Origin: a virus
IMG/VR virus record: IMGVR_UViG_3300042934_000398
Coordinates: 1-64,000 of that record
Strand: one strand, 5' to 3'
DNA length: 64,000 nt
Every line of letters starts with the position of its first letter. The first letter of the stretch is position 1. A model generated the notes under the pieces. It did no database searches. It saw nothing but the letters and a program-made list of their open reading frames with translations, and was not told where the DNA came from. Shown here one piece after another: positions 29,780 through 39,217 of this stretch. The translations under genes were made by a program, and so were the position numbers.

Positions 29780-30764
29780 CGAATTTCAAAAAAATAGATA
29801 TTTAGAAAGCTCAGACTTTAAATTTGAAGAAAGTGTAAAAGATGTAGTTAAAAGATTATTTGAAGGTGCTGCAAAAATTGAATTACAAGAGAATTGTGAT
29901 TTATCATTATTTAATCGTTCTCAAGTAATAAACCTATTGAAAGGTTATAATTCAAAATCTAAGAATTATTTAAGGTTAATAGTGAATCAATTTTCATATT
30001 ATTATACTTGGTGTTTATCTGAGGGATTAGTGGATAATACTAATATCATAAATCAATACGATTATAACTTAACTAAACCAATTATAGATGATATAGTAAC
30101 TTTGGATATTATAAGAGATAAATATTTTTTAGTTGATTATTTTTTAGATAATGTTTATAAAAATGAAAAAATTGATATAACTGATAAATACATTTTTTAC
30201 GCATTGTTCAGCGGAATTTGTGGTATTGAATTTAGCGACTTAATAAATTTAAGATTAGATGATATTAATAAAAAAAGAAAGGTTGTTAATTTAATTTCCG
30301 GTAAAATACTTAAAGTAGATGACATTTTTATAGAACTTGCAGAGGAAGCAGATAAATCACTTGTATATTGCCCAGATGGAATTGAAAGTGTTAATAGATC
30401 AAAAGATCCAGATAGATATAAATATGACGAAAGTTGTTACATTCTTAAACCTTGTGGTAATCGTTCGTTAAATAGACCAATAACAAAAATGATTTTAGGT
30501 ACAAGATTAAGACAACTACAAAAACATCTTAATAATAGATTTATTAATGGTGGTTCTATTTATTTTAATGGAATGGTTAATTTTATTAAAAATAAATTTG
30601 AATCAGAAGGTATAACTTTACGTCAAGCAGTATTTGAAAAAAGGAATAAGTTATCATACGTGTATAATGATAAACTTCAAGAATATATCAATGAATTTGG
30701 TTCAAATATGATAGATAGAGCATTTAGAGCTAAAATTGTTGATATTATCGAATTATATGAGTAG
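29766..30764 (+). CDS. Tyrosine-recombinase-fold protein, probably a catalytically dead lysogeny repressor (YopR/MrpR-like)
   Basis: MYNEFQKNRYL, SAM-like N-terminus, ALFSGICGIEFSDLINLRLDDI; no HxxR motif. Confidence 0.6.
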   Translation: MPMYNEFQKNRYLESSDFKFEESVKDVVKRLFEGAAKIELQENCDLSLFNRSQVINLLKGYNSKSKNYLRLIVNQFSYYYTWCLSEGLVDNTNIINQYDYNLTKPIIDDIVTLDIIRDKYFLVDYFLDNVYKNEKIDITDKYIFYALFSGICGIEFSDLINLRLDDINKKRKVVNLISGKILKVDDIFIELAEEADKSLVYCPDGIESVNRSKDPDRYKYDESCYILKPCGNRSLNRPITKMILGTRLRQLQKHLNNRFINGGSIYFNGMVNFIKNKFESEGITLRQAVFEKRNKLSYVYNDKLQEYINEFGSNMIDRAFRAKIVDIIELYE

Positions 30765-30771
30765 AAATAAA

Positions 30772-30789
30772 GGGTGGTGAATTCCACCC
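30772..30789 (+). terminator. Hairpin after the repressor-like gene
   Basis: GGGTGG/CCACCC stem followed by an AT-rich tract. Confidence 0.5.
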
Positions 30790-30851
30790 AATATTTTAAA
30801 CAAATATAAATAAAAACAAACACTAATAAATAAAACAATTTATATAATAAC

Positions 30852-30903
30852 TTGAAAAATTATTTTCAATATAGTATAATATAAGAACAAAGAACAAATG
30901 TTC
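30852..30903 (+). promoter_or_regulatory. Sigma-A promoter with LexA (SOS) box
   Basis: TTGAAA-17-TATAAT, then GAAC-AAAT-GTTC at 30892-30903. Confidence 0.7.
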
Positions 30904-31061
30904 GGAAATTGCTAAACAGTATAAAAAAAGAAGCACAGAAAACTTTGGTCGGCTGACTGTGCTTCTAACAAATACCAATTAAAATAGTGTATAGGTATGA
31001 TTTAATTATAATACAAATCTTCCTATCACGCAATAATTAAATTATGGGAGGATTTATATTT

Positions 31062-31367
31062 ATGGGAATTATGGAAGAAAAATTATTTGAATTGGAAGAG
31101 ATTATTGGAATTAATACATATGAGCGAGGCTTGAATATATATAATATTGTAGATATTGATAAATCAGGAGTAGAAAAACAGCATACTATAGAATTATCAA
31201 AAGTTGATATAGATAGCGGAGTTATCATGTTTATTGATTTTAATGATGAAATTATAAAATGCTTTTTAACTGAATCTATTGAAATCATAACTATTACTTA
31301 TAATCCAGAATTGTACAAGCTGATATTCAAAGACGGCAGACAAACGTTTATCTTTCCTGTAAAGTAG
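31062..31367 (+). CDS. Hypothetical protein under the SOS-box promoter
   Basis: GGAGG SD; followed by GGCAG/CTGCC hairpin at 31390-31411. Confidence 0.65.
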   Translation: MGIMEEKLFELEEIIGINTYERGLNIYNIVDIDKSGVEKQHTIELSKVDIDSGVIMFIDFNDEIIKCFLTESIEIITITYNPELYKLIFKDGRQTFIFPVK

Positions 31368-31440
31368 TTAAATAATATATAGTTCACATGGCAGTCTGTA
31401 ATATGGCTGCCTGTAATTTTATTATTATTAAATTTAATAC

Positions 31441-31489
31441 AAATAATAATAAACATATAGTTGACATTATGAATTTTGTGTGGTAATAT
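31441..31489 (+). promoter_or_regulatory. Operator motif plus sigma-A promoter
   Basis: AAATAATAATAAACA at 31441; TTGACA at 31461; TG-N-TAATAT at 31484. Confidence 0.7.
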
Positions 31490-32153
31490 TATACACATGA
31501 AGAACAAATAATAAAAATGAGGAGGATATATGAATGGCGGAGATAAGAGATGGGTGAAAAGAATAAAATATTAGATGATACAGAAGAGAGAAGTTATAAG
31601 GTATTTTTAGCTTATAATGAAAAGTTGTTAATTAAGGCAGAAGAAGATTGTAATGAGGAAAAGATTAAATTATATACAAATAATATTAAACATTATAAGA
31701 AGTTATTAGGAATAAAAGATAAATAATCAAAGCAAATACGATTAATATTATAATATAAGAAAGGAATATAAATGAAAAAGAAAAGGTGTTGTTATAACTG
31801 TATATTTTCAAAATACATAAATGGCGAATCAATTATAACGAGTGGATATAAGTGTTACAAGAATCCTTTTAAGCCTGTATTTATTGGATTAACTGGTTAT
31901 TGTAAAAAAGCAGATAAATGAATACGCTTATTAACAGTTTAGAAAGGAGATAATATATGGTTAATGGACGTACCATTGAAGAAGAATTAAAAAGAATTGA
32001 TGATTTCTTTGAGAAACAGACTGTAGAAGAATTTGAAGAAATGGCTGTCGAGTGTGGTATTAATGAAATTTTACCAAGTGATCAGAGTAGTTATAATAAA
32101 GTATTTGATAGTTGATAGAAGAGTAATTTGCTTGTCATTTGAAAGGAGAGTAT

Positions 32154-32492
32154 ATGAAAAAGAGTATACGAGTTAATGATTGGAATGGATTTTGCGAATC
32201 CACTAAAACAATTGAAGTCGACGAAGAGGAATTAAATAATACATATATAAATGAATATGGCGTTGAATTCCTAAAACATGATGGAGAGTTGTATATGTGC
32301 GACGGAAGCATGTGTGATAGTTTTGAAAGAAGAGATAACATGAGAATCAATATTGATATTGAAGATGATAAATGTTGTAACACTTGCAGAAATGGAATGC
32401 AGGTATGTGAGTCAGAAAGAGGGTATTGTATAGAATGTAAGTGTAACGGTGAATACAAAGACGAAACTGATATCTGTGATAGCTATAAGTAA
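32154..32492 (+). CDS. Cys-rich hypothetical protein
   Basis: AAAGGAG SD. Confidence 0.6.
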   Translation: MKKSIRVNDWNGFCESTKTIEVDEEELNNTYINEYGVEFLKHDGELYMCDGSMCDSFERRDNMRINIDIEDDKCCNTCRNGMQVCESERGYCIECKCNGEYKDETDICDSYK

Positions 32493-32822
32493 TTACACTA
32501 CATTTATAAAAGTTAATCAATACAAGAATTTATCGTCTTATTAGAAAGGAAGTGATTACAATAGACAGATTAACAGGCAAAGACCATACTTATCAAGACT
32601 ATGAATTTATGGACATGGTATGGGCGTATATATGAATAAAATATCAAAGTATGAAAACAGTTTATTAGAGCCAGATGAAGCAAAACAACTAGTCTCTGAT
32701 ATATGTAAAAATAATATTGATGAATGGAGAATTAAATTACAAGATATGTACGTAAAAATTATGACGATGCGATGAATAATAATTGTAAATCACAGTAGAC
32801 ATTGATACGGAAAGGAGATATA

Positions 32823-33056
32823 ATGAAAACCGAATTAATATTAACAGATGATGAAATAAATAGAATTGCAAATAAGTTAGAAGAAATAATTGATAAGAAA
32901 AACAATTTAAATGTTTCAATATTAAAATATGGATTAATTAGAGAATTTGCAGGTATGGATTTGTGGTTTGAAAAATTAACCGATACTCTTGACGGATTTG
33001 TGTTAAGAGATAAAAATAATGGAAGTGTATTAGGTATATTCCCAGAACAAGAGTAA
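32823..33056 (+). CDS. Hypothetical protein
   Basis: AAAGGAG SD; flanked by palindromes. Confidence 0.6.
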   Translation: MKTELILTDDEINRIANKLEEIIDKKNNLNVSILKYGLIREFAGMDLWFEKLTDTLDGFVLRDKNNGSVLGIFPEQE

Positions 33057-33099
33057 GGCAAATAAAATTAAATTTTTACGAGGAGTTAGAAAGGATATT

Positions 33100-33357
33100 A
33101 TGAATAAAACAATAAAGATAAACAAAGATGAATATATAGTTACATTTGAATCCACAGGTAAGTATTGGGTAGGCAATAGTGATGGTTCTATTAGTAATAA
33201 TGGAATGTTATCTGAAAAACTAACAGAAGAAGAAAGTAAACTTTATACACACGGAAAAAACAAAAAGTTTGGTTTTGATGTTTTTGAATTTGGTCATGAT
33301 ATTTATATACATAGAGAAACTGGAGATAAAATAGAATTACCTAAATTATTGTCATAG
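33100..33357 (+). CDS. Hypothetical protein
   Basis: AAAGGA SD; flanked by palindromes. Confidence 0.6.
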   Translation: MNKTIKINKDEYIVTFESTGKYWVGNSDGSISNNGMLSEKLTEEESKLYTHGKNKKFGFDVFEFGHDIYIHRETGDKIELPKLLS

Positions 33358-33405
33358 AACATCAAACTGGTATTTGGTAATCTTTTTTTAGAAAGGAGAA
33401 AAACA

Positions 33406-33720
33406 ATGGCAATTAATGTAATGTGTATGAATGATAGATGTAAATTCTATTGGGAAGACAATTGTATGAGAAATTTAAATGAAGAAAGAATCGAGATTAG
33501 TAAAGAAGGAAAATGCGAAACCTTTGAGGAAGGCGTAAGCGAATGGTACGCTGCAGAAGAACAATGTGCTAATTATAAAATGCATAATGAAGTATACGCT
33601 GAATTAACAGTTATTAATTGTTCTACGTGTAAACATCAAGGCAAACAACATCCTCACACTTGTGATATATGTACATAATTAGATCAAGAAGAAGATTATG
33701 AAATGTGGGAACATAAATAA
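33406..33720 (+). pseudogene. Cys-rich protein with an in-frame TAA near the C-terminus
   Basis: CDICT*LDQEEDYEMWEHK*; the second stop abuts palindrome 33725. Confidence 0.5.
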
Positions 33721-33766
33721 CATAACCAATTATATGATTGATGTTCTTTTTGAAAGGAGAATTTAG

Positions 33767-34201
33767 ATGGTATTAAAAGAAGAAAAGAGAGATTTATTTA
33801 ATGTTCCAGAAGATTACTATTTTGCTCATTGCATTAGTGCTGATTTTGGTATGGGTAAAGGAATCGTAGTTGAGTTTAACAAACGATATAACATGAAAAA
33901 TGAATTGATAAAAAAGTACAAGATTAATAATTGGAATGGAAATGGATATTGTTTGTCTAAGGATAGAGTATTCAATTTGATTACAAAAGAAAAGTACTGG
34001 AATAAACCTACATATGAAACATTAAGACAATCTTTGGAATCTATGAAACAAGAAATGTTATTCTTTGATGGTATGGTAACTAAGCTTGCAATTCCTAAAA
34101 TTGGCTGTGGATTAGATAGATTACAGTGGGATAAAGTAAAAGAAATTATTAAAGATGTATTTAATGATATGGAAGTAGAAATATTGGTTTGTTATTTATA
34201 A
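33767..34201 (+). CDS. Macrodomain ADP-ribose glycohydrolase (TARG1/DarG-like)
   Basis: AHCISADFGMGKGI, NLITK, PKIGCGLDRLQW. Confidence 0.85.
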   Translation: MVLKEEKRDLFNVPEDYYFAHCISADFGMGKGIVVEFNKRYNMKNELIKKYKINNWNGNGYCLSKDRVFNLITKEKYWNKPTYETLRQSLESMKQEMLFFDGMVTKLAIPKIGCGLDRLQWDKVKEIIKDVFNDMEVEILVCYL

Positions 34202-34252
34202 AATAGCGAATAAAATGTGGCTTCAATTTGAAGTTAGAAAGGAAAATAAATA

Positions 34253-34639
34253 ATGTCAGAAGTTAAATTAAATGAACATGGTGTAAACGCTAATATTAAA
34301 GCACACATTCTACCAGAAGAGAAGATGAGAAAACTTGGATTCACAGACTTTTGTAATGAAAGATGGTATTTTTGTAAGATGATTAAGTTTCCAAATGAGA
34401 AGAGATACAGAAATTTTGAAATTTCTTTTGGTGTTTCAATTACAAAGGATAATCATGATGATCTTAGAATTGATGTATTGGATAATGACTTTTGCCAACC
34501 TTTTGATTATCAATATATGTTAGAGCGTAATGATAGACATGAAATTTCTTTAATCGTTCGAGAACAAGTGGAAGAGTGGATGAAATATTTACAAAAAGAA
34601 GGTGTACTAAGCGGTCACATATATGGTGAATACATTTAA
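34253..34639 (+). CDS. Hypothetical protein
   Basis: SD; IDVLDNDFCQPFDYQ. Confidence 0.7.
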   Translation: MSEVKLNEHGVNANIKAHILPEEKMRKLGFTDFCNERWYFCKMIKFPNEKRYRNFEISFGVSITKDNHDDLRIDVLDNDFCQPFDYQYMLERNDRHEISLIVREQVEEWMKYLQKEGVLSGHIYGEYI

Positions 34640-34642
34640 TAC

Positions 34643-34690
34643 AAATAATAATAAACATCTATTGACAAGCTGAATTACATATGGTAATAT
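34643..34690 (+). promoter_or_regulatory. Operator motif plus sigma-A promoter
   Basis: AAATAATAATAAACA at 34643; TTGACA at 34662; TG-N-TAATAT at 34685. Confidence 0.7.
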
Positions 34691-34788
34691 TAGATAGTCA
34701 GCATGGCATATAAGATATTAACCAAGTATCTAATATATAAATACATAAAGAAGATAATAATAAACGAAATATAAAACTAAATAGACAG

Positions 34789-35061
34789 GTGGTGAGAAAT
34801 ATAAAAACGTCAAATCAGAAAGGAGTGTACCAATGCCAGTCTTGTAACACAATATTTTATAGCAATAAAATAAGAAAGGTGCAAACAGAGCATGAGACAT
34901 ATAAATGTTCCTGTCCAGAGTGTGACAGTGAAGACTTGAAGTTAATTGATTTATTGGTAGATGAAGAAGAAAATACATATAAGAACGATAAGTTTTATGG
35001 AGTTGGTAACAGATTAAAGAAAATGTACGAATGGGATGAATATGTAAGTATGAGATGCTAA
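34789..35061 (+). CDS. Zn-ribbon protein
   Basis: CQSC...CPEC. Confidence 0.6.
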   Translation: MVRNIKTSNQKGVYQCQSCNTIFYSNKIRKVQTEHETYKCSCPECDSEDLKLIDLLVDEEENTYKNDKFYGVGNRLKKMYEWDEYVSMRC

Positions 35062-35111
35062 AGATAGAAGATAATAATAAACTATTAAAATGATTATAAA
35101 AGGAGAATGTT

Positions 35112-35330
35112 GTGGAAAGTATTTTAACAGATGAACACAAAGAATTAATTAATAAAAAGATTAAGAAGGCAATTAATGATTTAGATTTTACTGAAATTTT
35201 AGCTGAATATATAGAAAAAGAATTAGATACTATTTATGATGGTGCAGGTATTAAAGAAAATCTTGAAAGTATGGTAATGGAAGTAATTAGGCAAAATTTA
35301 GTAAAAAGTGGTTTATTGAAAGATAAATAA
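35112..35330 (+). CDS. Hypothetical protein
   Basis: AAGGAG SD. Confidence 0.6.
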   Translation: MESILTDEHKELINKKIKKAINDLDFTEILAEYIEKELDTIYDGAGIKENLESMVMEVIRQNLVKSGLLKDK

Positions 35331-35372
35331 GCACAACAAATGGTTGTTTGGTTATAAAGAGAGGAGAATAAT

Positions 35373-36170
35373 ATGTTTTTTAAAAAGAAAGAAGATACAA
35401 CACATAATGAATATGAAATTAATACAAATGAAAATAACACATTAGAAGGAAATGAAGAAAAAACTGACAAAACAGAAGAAGAATGGATTTGGGTAGAAGG
35501 TTATAAAGGTACAGATAAAGACATGAAGTGCCGTGATATGCAATATGAGTTAAATAAGACGTATGAACACGAAGGTAAAATTGAATTATGTGAATCAGGG
35601 TTTCACTTCTGTAAAGAATTAAGTAATGTTTTTGGATACTATTCATTAGATAATGGTAATAGATTTTTCAAGGTAAAATGTCTAGTAATTAAAGATAAAT
35701 GGGAGTCGGGCGACAATAAATTCACTGCCAAAGAAATTATTTTTACAGAAGAATTAGGATATAAAGAATTAGAAAAATTTATTATTAAAAAATATTCATT
35801 TGTACATAACAAAAATGAATGGAATGAACTAAGTGAAATTGGTATTAAGAAATTTTACAGAAAGTATTTTATGAGTATTATGTCAGATGCTGGTTATGGA
35901 GAAACATTTTCTAATATCTTATATGATGATATAAATAAGAAAATCGAAGAAATAGAGTCTGAAAATAAGAGAAGATACATAGAGGCAAATTCTTATAGTA
36001 ACATATATTATCCAAACCAATATATTTCAAAGCCTGTAAGAAATCCATTTTATATTTATGAGCCATCATATGATTATACTAGATTCGACGAATTGATTAA
36101 TAAAGTAAAAGCATTTCAAGAAGAGGGATTATCAAAAGATATGTCGGTTTATTTACTACTGAAAAGGTAA
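35373..36170 (+). CDS. Phage protein (DUF7666-like N-terminal domain)
   Basis: GYKGTDKDMKCR...IELCESGFHFC. Confidence 0.65.
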   Translation: MFFKKKEDTTHNEYEINTNENNTLEGNEEKTDKTEEEWIWVEGYKGTDKDMKCRDMQYELNKTYEHEGKIELCESGFHFCKELSNVFGYYSLDNGNRFFKVKCLVIKDKWESGDNKFTAKEIIFTEELGYKELEKFIIKKYSFVHNKNEWNELSEIGIKKFYRKYFMSIMSDAGYGETFSNILYDDINKKIEEIESENKRRYIEANSYSNIYYPNQYISKPVRNPFYIYEPSYDYTRFDELINKVKAFQEEGLSKDMSVYLLLKR

Positions 36171-36275
36171 TCAAAAGCGCATTTCATTTGGAATTTGAAA
36201 GGAGAGAATAATGAGGAAATTAGCAAGTGTTAAAGTAGTAAGTGATATGATGCCAATTGAAGGAATGTGGATGTA

Positions 36276-36893
36276 ATGGGTAAATATAGTGGTTTAAAAA
36301 TTGGTGATAAATACAATAATTGGACTGTTGATTCAGAATGTTACAAAGACAAGAACGGTTCTGATGTTTACATGTGCAACTGTATTTGTGGAGAAAGAAA
36401 GCAAGTAGAAGGAAAGGCTTTAATTCTTGAAAGAAGTAAATCATGTGGGTGTATAAAAAGAGTAAATGCCGAAGAACAAAAGAAACGCATTAAGGAATAT
36501 AAAGCAAAATATTTTCAGGAAAACAAAGATAAAATTTATAAAAGAACTATTAATAATCAAAGATTACAAAGAGAAAAAGATATATAAGAATTTGGTATAG
36601 ATAGGTATTCTTTAAAAAGTAGATATAATATTTCACTTGAACAATATAAAGATTTATTAGATAAACAAAATAACAAATGTTGCTTGTGTAATGTCTTATT
36701 TGATAAAGAAGATAATTCAAAAAGACCATGTATCGATCATAACCATGAAACACAAATTATACGCGGAATCATATGTAAGAATTGTAATTCTGCACTTGGT
36801 ATGTTTAAGGATAATACTTTAGTTATGAAAAATGCAATAGAATATTTAGAAAGAGATGGTATATATAATGATGAGAAAATTAGCGCATATTGA
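36276..36893 (+). pseudogene. Endonuclease VII/HNH homing endonuclease with one in-frame stop
   Basis: CNCICG...SCGC N-terminal domain; TAA at 36585; same frame continues YNISLEQY...CCLC...IDHNHET...RGIICKNCN. Confidence 0.75.
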
Positions 36894-37950
36894 AAAAATT
36901 GAATGGTTAAGTCCTATTAAAGATAGGGATAAAATTGAATTAGTAGGGGTTTCTGGTTGGCAATGCATAGTAAAAAAAGGGGAATTTAATATTGGTGATA
37001 AATGCTGTTACATAGAAATTGATAGTGTAATGCCAGAGACTGAACAATTTGAATTTCTAAGAAGTAAAAAGTTTAGAATTAAAACTATGAAGATGGCAGG
37101 AGTAATCAGTCAGGGTATTTGTTTCCCATTAAGTATTTTGCCAGAAGGTGATTATGAATTAGATCAAGATGTTACTGAGATTTTGGGAATTAAACAGTAT
37201 GAAGAAACAATGGACATTGAAAGAAATGCACCAGCATCATCAGATAGTAAAAAGAAATATCCTAATTTCTTAATGAAATTTAATTGGTTTAGAAAGTTGG
37301 TATTACCAAAGAAACAAGCTAAAGGATTTCCAGAATTTATTAGTAAAACAGATGAAACTAGAATTCAGAATGCACCATTTTATTTACAAAACAAAAACGA
37401 ATGGACAGCAACAGAAAAGGTTGATGGTCAATCAGGAACGTTCTTTTTAAGAAAAGAAAAATGTAAACGAATATTTAAAAAGACTACATATGAGTTTGGA
37501 GTATGCTCTAGAAATCTTAGAATCTGGAATGAAGATAGTTCTTCATATTGGACTGTAGCTAAGAAGTATAATATTAAACAAGTGTTATTAAATAATATTG
37601 GTGATAATGAGTTTATGGCTATTCAAGGTGAATGTATAGCTGCTAATGTACAAGGAAATAAATACAAGGTTACTGCGCCAGATTTATATGTGTTCAATGT
37701 ATTAACTCCAAATGGAAGATTAGGCTCTGTAGAAGCAAAAGAATGGGCTGAACAGAATGGATTGAAATTTGTACCTATAATTGATGAACATTATATCTTA
37801 CCTGATAGTGTAAAAGAAATATTAGCATATGCACATGGAGAAAGTAAATTATATCCAACATTAAGAGAAGGTATCGTGTTTAGAAGTAAAGATGGAAAAC
37901 AGAGTTTTAAGGCAGTTGATCCACTTTTCTTACTAAAACATGATGAATAA
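36871..37950 (+). CDS. RNA ligase (Rnl2/DRB0094-like, N-terminal OB fold)
   Basis: MRKLAHI, EIDS, KTDETRIQN, TEKVDG motif I, QGE, REGIV, SFKA. Confidence 0.88.
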   Translation: MRKLAHIEKIEWLSPIKDRDKIELVGVSGWQCIVKKGEFNIGDKCCYIEIDSVMPETEQFEFLRSKKFRIKTMKMAGVISQGICFPLSILPEGDYELDQDVTEILGIKQYEETMDIERNAPASSDSKKKYPNFLMKFNWFRKLVLPKKQAKGFPEFISKTDETRIQNAPFYLQNKNEWTATEKVDGQSGTFFLRKEKCKRIFKKTTYEFGVCSRNLRIWNEDSSSYWTVAKKYNIKQVLLNNIGDNEFMAIQGECIAANVQGNKYKVTAPDLYVFNVLTPNGRLGSVEAKEWAEQNGLKFVPIIDEHYILPDSVKEILAYAHGESKLYPTLREGIVFRSKDGKQSFKAVDPLFLLKHDE

Positions 37951-37995
37951 TACTATAAGATCATTCTTTGAATCGGTTTTGAGAAAGGGGTAAAT

Positions 37996-38259
37996 ATGAC
38001 AGAAGAAAATAAGAAAAGATGTAGAGAAGAAATTGAGTTAAGAAACTGGAATAAGTTAGGGATTATTGAACCAAATGTATCACCTTTAGTATGGAATAAA
38101 GAAGTTGAATTAATGTATGAGGATATGGATGGGCAACCATGTAGATGTAATGCAATTTATGTTCATAATAGTTTTGGTTCAGATTATTTTCAAGCGACAA
38201 ATGGGATGGCTAAAGGGAATCGTATGAGTAGTTGTATCGCTTATAGAGAATTAAAATAA
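37996..38259 (+). CDS. Hypothetical protein
   Basis: SD after palindrome. Confidence 0.6.
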   Translation: MTEENKKRCREEIELRNWNKLGIIEPNVSPLVWNKEVELMYEDMDGQPCRCNAIYVHNSFGSDYFQATNGMAKGNRMSSCIAYRELK

Positions 38260-38278
38260 ACTTATAGAGGTAGATAGT

Positions 38279-38515
38279 ATGAAATATTATTACAGTGAAG
38301 ACCTGATAAATATTATTATGATATGTAATCAAGATGAAAGTGATATAAATAATATTGTTGCTCAAAGCCTTATAAAGAGATGTGAAAAAGCAATGGCTTG
38401 TAGTGATATAAAAATACGTTTTACTAAAAGAGATAGAGATTTTCTTTTGGATAAAATGTGGAAAGATATAGATGAAAATGCTAGGTTTACAATTATGCGA
38501 ATTATGGGAGTGTAG
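38279..38515 (+). CDS. Hypothetical protein
   Basis: GAGG SD. Confidence 0.55.
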   Translation: MKYYYSEDLINIIMICNQDESDINNIVAQSLIKRCEKAMACSDIKIRFTKRDRDFLLDKMWKDIDENARFTIMRIMGV

Positions 38516-38780
38516 ACACAATAATAATTTAAATAAAGTAGACTTATAAGGAGGATTTATGAGTAGTGATTTTAAAGATAGACTTTTAAAACGATCAGAT
38601 AATAATTGTGAAAATGTTTTAGATAACCATGATGTAGATGACTATTATGAGGACGAAAATAACTACAATGATGATGATTGGAACGAATACGTAAATGACT
38701 ATTATGAGAATTATGTAGCAAAATATTCGGATTAATTACGATGAAACTATACTTTGATAGGAAAATGAAAGGAGAAATAA

Positions 38781-39176
38781 ATGAAATTTGAAAGTAAATT
38801 TGAGTTAGGACAGCAAGTATGGGGTACAGTTATTAATGATAAAAGTACATATGAACCAGTGGAATGTGATTTATGTGATAGCACAGGGTTTGTCATCGTA
38901 AAAGGGAAAGATGTAGAATACATTTGCCCTCAATGTTTTGGAGACAAACAATATAAGAAATTAGGTAAAGAAATGACAATCTGCAAAACTGGTAAAATAG
39001 GCAAAATATGTGTAGAACAGTATGATAGTCAATATAAAAATACAAGTGGAACAAAATATATGATCGACAAAACAGGAGTAGGAAGTGGAACTGTGTGGCG
39101 TGAAGAAGAATTATTTGCATCCGAAGAAGAAGCTCAAAGGGCTTGCGATGAATTTAATAAAAACAATTTACTATAA
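38781..39176 (+). CDS. Hypothetical protein with two CxxC motifs
   Basis: AAAGGAG SD; flanked by palindromes. Confidence 0.7.
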   Translation: MKFESKFELGQQVWGTVINDKSTYEPVECDLCDSTGFVIVKGKDVEYICPQCFGDKQYKKLGKEMTICKTGKIGKICVEQYDSQYKNTSGTKYMIDKTGVGSGTVWREEELFASEEEAQRACDEFNKNNLL

Positions 39177-39217
39177 AGGACGAATTTTATCGTGAAATAG
39201 AAGGGATGTGACAGATA

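Noticed and set aside
16855-36587. TAA stop-codon recoding
   Set aside because: TAA ends most genes normally, long genes have no internal TAA, and no suppressor tRNA is seen
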